Origin: Hypanus sabinus
Lineage: Eukaryota
Length of the DNA: 64,000 nt
NCBI RefSeq assembly: GCF_030144855.1
Contig: NC_082722.1
Span: 26,536,001-26,600,000 of the forward strand
Reading direction: 5' to 3'
In this document: in pieces, positions 52,116 to 64,000 of the stretch
Layout: each line of letters begins with the position of its first letter
How positions within the stretch are numbered: position 1 is the first letter of the stretch
Position numbers and translations under genes: made by a program
Notes under the pieces: model-generated
Databases searched by the model: none
What the model was told of the DNA's origin: nothing
Seen by the model: only the letters and a program-made list of their open reading frames with translations

Positions 52116-54135
52116 AGTAATAAGTAGGGCGTTGGGAGTGAACCCAAATGCAATGACACAGACACCGAACTATTAGGAACAGGTCGAGGCGTGAGAAGGA
52201 AGCGAGGAAAGTCAGGAAGATAGGACGCTGGACATGACACAGGCCCCGTACAACAGACGAATTCCGTGCCTGGGCTAGGACTTGACAAGGATAGCCGAAC
52301 CAGGACATGGAACTGGGAAGTAGGAGCCTGGCATTGGACTCCGAGCCAGAGACTGGACAAGGACCCAGGACCTGGGTCTTGATTCCCGCTCGGACTCCAG
52401 AACAAGGCGAGGACAAGACGTGGCTACAGGACGAGGAGAGGCAACAAGACGGGACATGAGGCTCATGGACAGGACAAGGACCTTGAAGGTGACTAGGACT
52501 GGACGAGACCCTGAAGCCTTGACTTGGTTGAGCAGGAGACAGGCACGCAGAGCGTTTGTCGAGGGAGAGACAGGGACATAGAGCCGTGATCGAGAAAGAA
52601 CAGGAACGAAGAACACTGAGCCTGGGTCAACGGAGGGACAGGAATATGGAACACCGAGTAGGGACATCTCTTTGGGTACAGGACGTAGGGCCGGGACTCA
52701 TTACACTGAACGCTGAACACGACGAGACAGTTCTCAAAGCTAGGTAGCGGCAAAGCGGCCGGACATACCGAGAGAAGGCCTGGACACAGACAGACAATTC
52801 CAAACAGGGCGAGGCTCCAGACAGAGGTAAGGCGAGGCAAGGCTCCAGGCAGAGGTCAGGAAAGGGTCCAGGCAGAGGCAAGGCAAGGCGAGGCAAGCCT
52901 CCAGGCAGAGGCGAGGTGAAGCAAGACTCCATGCAAGGCGAGGCGAGGCAAGGCAAGGCAAAGCTAGGCTAGGCTAGGCTCCAGTAGGAAGTTGAAGGTT
53001 AAGGTTACAGACAGGGGGTTTGGACAGGAACAATCCAGCAGCCAGAGGCTGAGTCTTGAAGCTATGTATGAGACCAGCCCCAACGAGAATCAGCTGTCTC
53101 AACGGAAACTGGGGAAAACCCGAAAGCCTGAAAAAAAGGAAAATGGACCGGACCGTGAACGGAGATGCAGATTTCACGGACCGGTTTCATGACAGTGCCC
53201 TCTGCTCTATGGGATCCTTTTGGTAACCCAAAAGTCTTCCCCAAACTATGGACGACACGGGCAGGTGGGGGGAGGGCATTCGACATGAGAGAGGATAGCC
53301 AGTGTTAAACGACAGTGTCTGAGTCGCTGGGTCCAAGTCTGGCTGGACTGTTCTGTCATAAGTAGGGCGTTGGGAGTGGGCATCAATGCAAGACACAAAC
53401 ACTGAACTACAAGGAACAGGACTAGGCCTGAGAAGGAAGCGAGGAAACTGGGGAAGAAAGGATGCTGGACGTGACACAGGCCCCGGGCAAGACACGGATT
53501 CCGGGCCTGGCTTAGTACTTGACAAGGATAGCCAAAACAGGGCATGGAACTGGGACCCAGGACCCTGGGCTTGAACACTGAGCCTGGGTCGACAGAGGGA
53601 CAGGAATAATGAACACCGCGTATTCCTTGGAACATTCAAGGAACATTCCTTGGGTAAAGGAAGTAGTGCCAGGGCTCATCACACAGTAAACAGAGCCGGG
53701 ACCCGTCCTTGGATACAGGACGTAGGGCCCGGACTAATTACACAGAACGCTGAGCACGACGAGACAGTTCCCAACGCTAGGTAGCGGCATATCGGCCGGA
53801 CCTACCTAGCGAAGGCATGGGTACAGACATACAATTCAAAACAGGGCGAAGCTCCAGACACACGAAAGGCGAGACAAGGCTCCAGGCTAGGCGGGGCAAT
53901 GCAAAGCTAGGCTAGGTTAGGCCTCAGGAGGAAGATGGAGGGAAGGGATACATTTAGGGGGTTTGGACAGGAACAATCCAGCAGCCGGAGGCTGAGTTTT
54001 GAAGCTATGTATGAGACCAGCCCCAACAGGTGTCAGCTGTCTCAACAGAGAGTGGGGAAACCCGGAAAACCTGGAATAAGGAAGCTAGACCAGACAGTGA
54101 ACCGGAATGAGGTTTTCACGGACCGGACCATGACA
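52116..54135 (-). mobile_element. Non-autonomous LTR element: two LTRs around a 159-bp internal region
   Basis: LTRs at 52116-53194 and 53354-54135, flanks TAAAT/GAAAT. The internal part resembles the gag start and the chromodomain/PPT end. Confidence 0.8.
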
Positions 54136-54619
54136 GAAATCTCTGTTAATGCATTTGTGAAATGCCATCTGATTATGTGCTGATGAATATAGACCATGAT
54201 TTTTCTGCATAATGAACCGACGACTACTTTAATGTAAAACACTTTAGAGCATCAACATTCTTACATTGTCAGTATTGCAAGTTGCAACACTGGTGCAAAT
54301 TCTCACAGCAAACTTACAATGGAAATCGGTAGCTTATTTTAATTATCTGTCATCCCGTGTATAATCCTCTCACAGCCGGTGTAAAAAATGCCCTGCTCAG
54401 AGTGATGGCTGGTCCGCATTGTTGCAAAATTAAAGGGGCGTTGCTTCCTACCCCCGAGCAAAAGCAACCAGGCTGATTAAATTTCTCGGCTCTAAAATGC
54501 AGCAGTTAATTCCTCTCCATTAATACTGTCAGACCTGCTAAGTTCCTGCAAAATTTTATGTTTATTATGCTAGATTTCAGCTTCTCCAGAATCCTTTGTG
54601 TTTATGATTTACTGGGCTA

Positions 54620-57600
54620 TTGGCACAGACAGAAAATATAGAGTATATGGAAGTTTTGATTTATCGAGGGACCTTAGGGTGTACACGGATAGTCTGCTGA
54701 AAAGACGAAACATCAGGATATTAGATAAGAGGGCCTTTATCCCCAGCGCCCTCTTGAATGTGTATTGACAAGTTTTGGGATGTGATGTTGCAGCTGTAGC
54801 TATTGGCTAGACAGTGCTTGGAGAGTTGCGTGCTCTTCTGGACATGACAAAATGAGAATGCACGTGGTAGAGATAGAAAGATTGCTGTATAAATACACCG
54901 GGGCATTACCTTGAAGGGGAGACTGCCGTGGCATGGAGGGATTGTATAGAAATGGGTTGTTCATTGTGGAATACAGCGGACTGGAGGATAACATGAGATT
55001 TGGGTAAACATTGTTTCAGACATTAATATACTGGATTCACACAGTCAATTTCCCAAGCCTGGGGAGCTAAAGCTAGAGGACATCAGTCTGAATTGAGAGA
55101 GGAAATATTTAAAGGAGAACTCTGCACGGCAGGGTTTTCACACAGAGAAGGTTAGATTTGGACAACATGCTTCCAGAATAACAGAATTCCAAAATAACAG
55201 TTGCATAAATATTTCGTTCCGAATGGTCGAGACAGAACTCTTCTGTGCAGTACACCGTGATTCAAGTTCTTCTTTTAGCTAAAGACCTGCAACAAAGTTT
55301 TCAGGCAGGTCAACAGGAAGTTGCAAATAGCAGAAAATAGAAATGCACGAACGAGCCTAATGATATCATGGAGAGCCTTTGGGGGTAAAGTTCGCATGTA
55401 GCTCAGAAAATCTATTTGCAGACTCGTTTATTTTTTGTGCTCGACGCTTAGGTTATAGACAGTAGCTGAAAGTTAAAATAAGTGACTTCGAATCCGCTTC
55501 CTTTCAACTAAAAGTTTCTCATGTTGTTCTGCAAGGTCCGTGTTTCGATTCTACGGCTTGAACATTCTGCAAAGGGAAAACTGTGAAGCGTCATCACAAC
55601 ATCAAATAAAATACAATTCTAACGTTTTAATCTTTGACTATATCAATTACAGAACCAGTTATACTTCAGCACAGTTGTAGAGAAATATTCATAACAATAT
55701 CAATGTCAAGAAAATCATTTTGTTTAAACAATGGTCAAAGCGTGATGTGGCATCAATGTAGATTAATGAACAGTGACTTTACGGGCACATAATCTTGATT
55801 AGCCTGTCATGTGCGAATAGATGGAGAAGGATTGAGAATTATTTTCATCTAAATCAGAAAATAATGGAATCTAGTCGGAATTCTGTCAATGTCTTTCCAC
55901 ATAGATAGTAGAAAACTTACATCAAAATACAGGACATTCGGCCCACAAGGTTGTGCCGAACATGTCCCTACCTCAGAATTTACTAGGGTTCTCTATAGCC
56001 CTCTATTTTACTAAGCTCCATGTCCCTATCTAAGTAGCCTTTTAAAAGACCCTATCGTATCAGCCCATTCCACGCACTCACCACTCTCTGAGTAAAAAAC
56101 ATACCCCTGACATCTCCTCTGTACCTGCTCCCCAGCGCCTTAAACCTGTGTCCTTTTGTGGCAACCATTTCAACCCTGGGAAAAAGTCTGTGACTATTCA
56201 CATGATCTATGCCTCTCATCATCTTGCACATCTCTATCAGGTCACTTCTCATCCTCCTTCGCTCCAAGGAGAAAAGGCCGAGTTTACTCAAACTATTCTC
56301 ATAAGGCATGCTTCCCAATACAGGCAACATCCTTGTAAATCTCCTCTGCACCCTTTGTATGGCTAACACATTCATTCTGTAGTGAGCCAACCAGAACTGA
56401 GCACAGTACTCCAAGTGGGGTCTGACCAGGGTCTTGTATAGCTGCATTATTACCTCTCGGCTCTTAAATTCAAGTCCACGGTTGATGTCTGAAGATACCC
56501 TTAAAAACAGAAGTGACCTTCCTATGAGGAAAGTTTTTTTTATATTTGTGGGATGAATTGCAACGCCGAGGTAGATTCTAGACTGACTATTCTCTGTAAA
56601 TGACTATGAAGTGTTGTCAAACTTCTACTGACATGTGCAGATCCCTGTGTGAAGACAGTATATGGTTTCCAATCAAAAATGTAAATCTAAATGAAAGGAA
56701 AATGTTCCTTTCAGACCAAGACAACATGAAAATTATACCCGAGAAATATAACATCACGCGCATTCAGGGCCCCAAACAGTCTGTCCTGGAGAGGCAACAG
56801 TTTCATTTCCGAAAATTTTATGTTTCTCTACTCTGTCCAGTACTTCCTACACGGCCTCCTCTACGTTGGAGCGACCCAATTTAACTTAGTGGACAACTTT
56901 TTCAACCATCTCCACTGCATCTACTAAAAGTGGAAATTCCGTTAGCCAGTCATTGCCCTTCCTCTCCCTATTCTCGTCGCGACATTTTGGTCATCGGCTT
57001 CTTCTTCTGCCACCATGAGGCTACACTTAGGGAGGAGGACTAACACCTCAGTTTCAGTCTAGGTAGCCTCCAACCTGATGGCATGAAGAACGATATCTGC
57101 TTTCATTATTTTTTCTCTCTCCCTTCTGTATTCTTCTCTTCCACACTCTGGCCTTCTACCTCTACTCCACACCTGCCTATATCCTTTCCTTGGTGCCCTC
57201 CCATGGTCTGCTTTCCTATCCAGCAAATTCCTTCTTCTGCAGTATGTTTTCATTTTATATCTATCAGCTCCCAATTTCTTTCTTCACCTCCACCACTCTG
57301 CTGGTTTTACCCATGAACTTCTAGTTAGACCTTCTTCCACAATCCCACGTTTATATCTATCATCTTGCTTTCCAATTCTGATGAAATGTCTTGGCCTAAA
57401 ACATAGGCTGTTTATTCTCTTCCGTATAAGCTTCTTTTCCCGACTAAGTTTCTTTACAGTTTTGTGTGTGTTGTTCTGGATAGCCTGCAACGCTGCAAAA
57501 TCTCCTCTGTTAGTGATGTGAATACTCTTTTATGAGCATTTGAAGATAATGTTTGACATAGGTGGAAAATGAGAAAACCGGAAACTGAAGTTTATGTGTT

Positions 57601-58700
57601 GGATCGGACGGAAGTAGCTGGAGAGAAGAGTAGGGAAGAAGGAGCATAGAGTAATAAGTCATGCTAGGTTCCCTTTGGTCTTAGGCCCAATTTTCAAAGT
57701 TTTGAATGATGAAATACAAGACCATAACTTTATTGCTTCTTTGTGTCACTTCTGTAGACCCTGTGTCCGTCTCCCGACTGAATTCAGCTGCCAAGAATCC
57801 ATTTACGAGCTCTCCATTCTTTTTTGGCTCCATGCATAGATTATCATTCAGATCTTCCAGGGGACCATTTTTGTCCCTTGTAATCCTTTTGCTCTCAACA
57901 TATCTTAACATACCAATCTAGCTGTTTTTCACACTTTGCCTCCGAACCCACCTCTACATTCTGGTACATTCAACTTTTACCAATCTCGTATTTGTTGAAA
58001 AACTTTCCCTAGACCCATTTAAAATATTTTCCATCACACCTTGAATTGATGTATTTTCATTTTCGATTAATCTATCCTGGGTAAAAGACTGTAACATAAG
58101 TCTGCTTGCTCCCCTCCTAGCTTTATATTCCTATATAAGGTCATCGCTCAACCACTTGTACTCAAAGAAGAATAACCCCAGCCTCTCACTACAGCTAAAA
58201 TCTTGCTGTCCTGAAAACATATTCGTGAGTCCTTTTTGCCGTGTGTTAAGGACCGTCATGAGTTTTCTATAGCTGGGCTTTCAGTATTACACAGAATCCT
58301 CCTAGTGTTTCACCAACGATGTGTACAGTACAACAGGACATCCCAGACCTGCATTCATTGCCCCAACTGTTGGGTCAAGAGTGACAAACACTTTCTTTAT
58401 CTTTCTTTCCTCCTCCATCGCCTCTTGCCTTTGGTCACTGTGTTCTACTTCAAACTCTGGGGCAATTTACTGTTTAATTCCAGCTTTATTTTAACTAACC
58501 AAAATGCAACATTTCGCCATTATCCAAGTTAAATTCTAACTGAACTTGAATAACCACTTTCCCAGTTCATTGTTTTGGTGAGCTTTTGATTTCTATTGTA
58601 TCAGCAAATTTGTTGCCTCCCTGACGTTATTAATTATGTCAACAATATTTTCATCTTAAGTGTTCCAGACCTAGATGACAGAGAGTACTGAAACTTGAAC
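54620..58700. mobile_element. Cluster of decayed CR1 (54620-55170 +, 55900-56490 -, 57660-58700 -) and PLE (56820-57480 +) fragments
   Basis: Recognisable ORF2 and GIY-YIG remnants, e.g. MQLYKTLVRPHLEYCAQFW. Confidence 0.7.
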
Positions 58701-59039
58701 TGCCCTTTTCAGTATATCAGCAACCGCAGGCCTTCATTCTCCACGATCACCGTCTGCCGTTATACTAAACCAATTCGGTGCTCTCATATTCAGTCGGTTG
58801 GTTAACATTGGTTCCCATATCATCTGGCTTTCTCGTCACCTTTTTCCTTCAGCAGTTATTTCCCTTTTCCTCGTTTTCCCAACAGTTTCTGCAGGGACAA
58901 CTCTCACCTCTGTACTCCTCGGGCACTACGGACCATGGAAGCCGCTCTGTGTGGGTCAGTTTGTCATCAGTTGTCATGCAGTCACAGAGATATCCATGCT
59001 TAGGTCGTAATTGATCATAATATTCCTCTGCCAAGAAGT

Positions 59040-61070
59040 ATGTGAAGAATAGGACCAATCAAGTGTGACAGTGCTAAAGTGTATATGGAAACAGAGGAGA
59101 TAGTAGAGGTACATAATGCATAATTGGCATCAGTATTCACTACGGAAAAGGATCTTGGCGATTGTAGGGATGACTTACAGCGGACTGAAAAGCTTGAGCA
59201 TGTAGATAACAAGAAAGAGGATGTGCTGGAGCTTTGAAAAAACATCAACAATAGAACCATAGACCCATAGAACACTAAAGCACAGTACAGGCCCTTCATC
59301 CCTCTATGCTGTGCCGACCCATACAATTGTTAAAAAAGTACTAAACTCATCTTACTCCAGAGCCCTTTATTTGTCTTTCATCCATGTGCCTGTGCAAGAG
59401 GTTCTTAAATACCCCTAATATTTTAGCCTCCACCACCATCCCTGGCAAGTCATTCCACGCACTCACAACTCTTCGTGTAAAATACTTACCGCTGATGTCT
59501 CCCCTAAAGTTCCCTTCCTTAATTTTGTACATATGCCCTCTTGTGTTTGCAATTGCTGCCTTGGGAAATAATTGAATAAGTGGGATAAGTCACCAGGACC
59601 GGACGAGATGTACCCCAGGCTACTGCGGGAGACAAGGGAGGAGATTGCTGAGCCTCTGGCGACAATCTTTGCATCATCAATGAGGAAGTTCCGGAAGATT
59701 GGATGGTTGCTGATGTTGTTCATGTATTCCAGAAAGGGAGTAGGGATAGCCCAGGAAATTATAGGCCAGTGAATCTTGCTTCAGTGGTTGATAAGTTGAT
59801 GGACAAGATCCTGAGAGGCAGGATTTAATAACATTTAGAGAGGCATCATATGATTAGGAATGGTCAGCATGGCTCTGTCAGAGGCAGGTCGTGCCTTACA
59901 ACCCTGATTGAATCTATTGAAGATGCGACTAAGCACATTGATGAAGGTCGAGCAAAGGATGTAATGTATATGGATTTCAGCAAGGCTTTTGACAAGGTAC
60001 TCCATGCAAGGCTTATTGGAAAAGTAAGGAACCATGGGATGCAAGGGGACATTGCCTTGTGGATCAAAAACAGGTTTTCCCACAGAAGGACGGTTCATAT
60101 TCTGCATAGAGTTCGGTGACCAGTGCTTTGCCTCAGTGATATGTTCTGGGACCTCAACTCTTCTTGAGTTTTATAAATGATCTGGATGAAGAAGTGGAGG
60201 GATGGATTAGTACATTTGCTGATGTCACAAAAGTTGGAGGTGTTGTGGATATTGTGGAGGGCTGTCAGTGGTTACAGCAGGACCTCACTATGATGCAAAA
60301 TTGGCCTGAGAAGTGGCAGATTCAGGTCACCCCATGTAAGTGTGGGGTAGTTCATTTTTGTAAGTCAAATGTCATGACAGACTAGAGTATTAATGTTAAG
60401 ACCCTTCGCAATATGGAGGATCAGAGGGATCTTGGGGTCCGAGTCCATAGGACACTCAAATCTGCTGCGCAGTTTGAATCTGTGGTTAAGAAAGCATACG
60501 GTGTAGTGGCCGTCAACAATCGTGGGAGTGAGTTTAAGAATCGAGAGGTAATGATGCAACTATATAGGACCCTGGTCAGATCCCACCTGGAGTACTGTGC
60601 TCAGATCGGTTCAGCTAACTGTGGGAATGATGTGGAAACCATAGAAAGGGTGCAGAGGAGATTTGCAATGATGCTGTCTGGATTGGGAGAATGCCTTATA
60701 AGAATAGGTTGAGTGAACTCGGCCTTTTTTCTTTGGAGCGACGGAGGATGAGAGGAGACCTGATAGACGTGTGCAAGATGATGTGAGGCATTGATCTTGT
60801 GGATCCTAGAGCTTAAATGGCTAGCACGAGAGGGCATAGTTTTAAGGTGCTTGGATGTAGGTACTGAGGAGATGTCAGGGATAGCTTTTTCCGCATGATG
60901 ACTGCATGGAATAGGCTGCTGGCAGCGTCGATGGAGGCAGAAACGATAGGGTCTTTTAAGAGACTCCTGGACAGATATATAGAGCTCAGAAACGTAGAAT
61001 TTTACGGGTAACCCTAGGTACTTTCTAGGGTAAGGATATGTTTGTCACAGCTTTGTGAGACGAAGGGTAT
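59040..61070 (+). mobile_element. Decayed CR1-type LINE with nested antisense CR1 3' end (about 59250-59570)
   Basis: DKSPGPDEMYP, YMDFSKAFDKV and TFADVTKVGG remnants. Confidence 0.85.
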
Positions 61071-63149
61071 GATGTAGGATTTTCTTTGTTTCTGCCTTTC
61101 TAATATACCCCACTCAGAAGCAAAAATTATAGCTGTTTCACCTACCAGTTCTCCGCTCTGACTTGCTTCTACAGAGGATGTTTTAATACCTAATTGATTT
61201 AAAAATATACAACACCTTAAATAATAGCGATAATGTTAGAAATTTTGAAGTTGCGTATTTGATTGCAATCGTGTTTCTTGCCGAAAAGTTGAAACTCTTG
61301 ACAGCTATTCAAAAGAGTATTAGCGCACATTGTGGCCATGAAATGTGTTGTGCATGACCCTTCATGAATGTGGTGGATCTAGATTTTAATTGAAAGAGTA
61401 GAGTGGCGATAGCAGAACATCAGTCATGTTATATCTCAAAAGAACGAAACTATAGCAGTAAGAGTACTATTACTAGTGTAAAATCGCAGCAGGAAGTCAC
61501 AACTGGAAAACCCCTGGTGACTGACTAAAGCAGGTACAAGGGATGATTGGATAACTTGAACGGGAATGTAAATTATGTTATTTATAATTATTATTGCCGA
61601 ATGTATATCCGATAATGCCCTGGAAATACTTATTTTCTCATTATTATTTCTCTTTTCAACCTGTAGAGCTAATATTTTATTAGTTTATTCCTGTGTTCTT
61701 GATCATGTAAAAAAGAAGACACCGTGAAACATATATAAATATATAGAGAGGGTGAGACAGGAACGTAGAGTTTTTAAATGGGTAATTCAGGCTTGAACAT
61801 ATTGCAAGAGAAGCAGTATGACATGAGTTTTTACGTGATGAAGGGACTTCTGGAGCGAACAGGTCATCTTACATAGTGGTTCTTTACAATGCAACATTCA
61901 GGAAATGCCAGAAGAGGTCAGCAGGCCAGTCAACATCTGTGGAGAAAGGTTGTCGACGTTTCGGGGCAAGACCCCAGCATTTGCTGTGTGTTGCTTGGTG
62001 ATCTAGCATCTACAGATAATCTGTTGTTTGTGTTTTGGTTCTTTACAATGAGTATATTTCATCTGGATTAAGATTTTTTTTTCTTTTTCCGTTGTCTTTG
62101 CAGATGGTTTGATAGCAGATTCGAAATGACTTCGTTTGTTTCCGAACTGTCACTCGAAAACTCTCTCAGCAGATCCAATTACCAAACAAGAAAAACTGAA
62201 TTTTTTACTTTCACAGACATCACAAGATGCATTAATATAATATTAAAAGCATAATCCGAACCATATATGAGAAGCGACTAGATACTTGGTAAAAACAGGG
62301 GAGACAAACGAGCAGGTACAGATTAAGTAATAAAACAAAGACACTTGCAGAGAGAAATCCACTTTGAAGTGCAGAAGTAGCCAAAAGATTAGAACTGTGC
62401 AAATGAAGAAAAGAGCAGAGTATAAAAATGGATGCACTTAAATATCACTTATGAATATTTGAAACATAAATATTATTTAACTATAAAAGTGACAGATTTC
62501 TAAATTATGCTAGATCCTCTCCCACTTTCCTATACGGTTCAGATGCTTCGATTCTAACTGGTATGAAATTTAACGACATCAGTCTCGGATGTTTCTAATG
62601 AATACACTTGCCCGATATTAGCAGGTAGAAATTACAAAGATATACCAACCTCTCAGTGAAGAACCCTCTGGGTACCGACTTTGTCACGACAACGAATCTA
62701 CCTCTGGCCGAAGGAAACTGCTACTTAATATTCTCAGCCGGATAGTTAGATCGTATTTTCAACTCATAAGCGTTTTGAACTACGTTACATAAAATTGTCT
62801 TTTACACACAATTTACAAAAGCAAAAAAAAATCTAATTATTTTACTCAAAGTTATTAAACACGCATTTCTTCAAGATCTCCCGTTTGTAATTTTTTTATC
62901 TAACAGATGGCTAAAGATTAAGGGCAAAGTGCACGAAGGAAAATGGTTGACATTCCAAAAACGTATGCAACGGTCAATTGGGTAGAGAGAGTAATGGAAC
63001 TGAATGGCATAAGAGATATTATCACATCCATGTCATATGCTTTCTGCTGCATTTAGTGTAGAATTAAAAGTGATGGTGATTATAAAGAGATCTTCAGGTC
63101 ACACCATTTATTGGTGAAAATTTCCAGTATTCTCAAAAAATTCTCAATC

Positions 63150-64000
63150 TGCGGGAAAATAGAGCTGGTTTGGACTAAGAGGGAAAAAATGGAATTGCAC
63201 TGTACTCCAGAATACATATCTATGCCATTGCCACAGGTCGTTATTTCAGTAACTGTGCAGGAGTATATCTTTATATTATCTCAGCTTCTTCTGAAACCAT
63301 TGCCAGAAAGCGATCAATTCCGTCATCCAAATCATTGATAATAACGTGAAAATAACTAGTTCCGGCACCATCCCCTGCGGAACACTACTAGACAACAAGA
63401 AAATCATAATCCTGTTTATATATGTAGAACTCCACACAGGGCCTAACATTTCTTCACATTTCCTCCTGGACAAAAGTAATGATTAAATCCACTTAATCGA
63501 CTATGTACCTCGAGTTCTGCCGAAATACCTCTTTTGGCATCTTAGTTTTTATCATTTTTTAACAATTTATTGGAATGTTTGCTATGTAATAGACTATGAA
63601 TAAATTCAAGACCTTCGTAAGAACGTAAGAAATAGGAACAGCTGTAGACCAGCTGACCCATCGAGACTTAAGATCATGGCTGATCTGACGAGGGACACAT
63701 CTCCATCTACCTGCCTTTCCTCATAATGCTGAATTCACCTGCTGTGCAAAAATTTATCCAACCTTGCCTTAAGTACATTTATTGAGGTAGACTGCACAGC
63801 TTCATTGGGCAGAGATTTCCACAGATTCACTGCTCTTTGGGAAAAGCAGTTCCCCCTAATAATTATCTTAATGTTACTCCCCCGAATCTGAGGCGATATC
63901 CCTAGTTCTTTTCTCAAGTGGTAACCCTAGTCTCAAGTAGTCCCTGGTGTTAATCACGTTCCTGGCTCTATCTTATCTAACCCTTCTTATAGTTTTATGT
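63150..64000 (-). mobile_element. Decayed CR1-type LINE fragments
   Basis: SSVPQGMVPEL..TLLSM and FSQRAVNLWKSLP remnants. Confidence 0.65.

Larger units (their letters stand above)
47400..62820. repeat. Inverted segmental duplication, arms about 47400-50878 and 58832-62820
   Basis: Non-TE sequence and a shared CR1 junction align in reverse complement at roughly 80% identity (estimated by eye). Confidence 0.85.

Noticed and set aside
62104-62254. Strong acceptor followed by a 49-codon frame
   Set aside because: The acceptor AG is not conserved in the paralogous arm and the peptide is unrecognisable.

Overview
AT-rich, TE-dense vertebrate DNA. The repeat families (CR1-type LINEs, Rex1/Babar LINEs, Penelope-like elements, Gypsy chromoviruses, R4-like LINE, Chapaev-like transposase) point to a cartilaginous fish, probably a ray; this is inference. 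The main gene is a six-exon, + strand, non-rearranging antigen-receptor-like IgSF gene (19684-30039, 302 aa by my assembly): leader, germline-joined VJ-type V domain, C1-set domain, uncharged TM, and a tail with one ITIM. A second tyrosine motif (TxYxxV) is destroyed by a TAA at the Tyr codon. Downstream lie two orphan cytoplasmic-tail modules with no V or C1 exons that I could find, both phase-compatible with the TM donor. One is an unrelated two-exon tail with YVTM (39617-39936). The other is a diverged duplicate of the gene's own tail that keeps ITIM plus ITSM (42189-46228). Upstream is a candidate 3' end (stalk-TM, spacer, ITIM exon) of another inhibitory receptor (13340-16836). The right third holds a 3.5-4 kb inverted segmental duplication and an LTR-159 bp-LTR mini-retroelement. 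There is one assembly gap (45111-45256). All exon models are manual and lack transcript support; TE boundaries are approximate unless a TSD is given.
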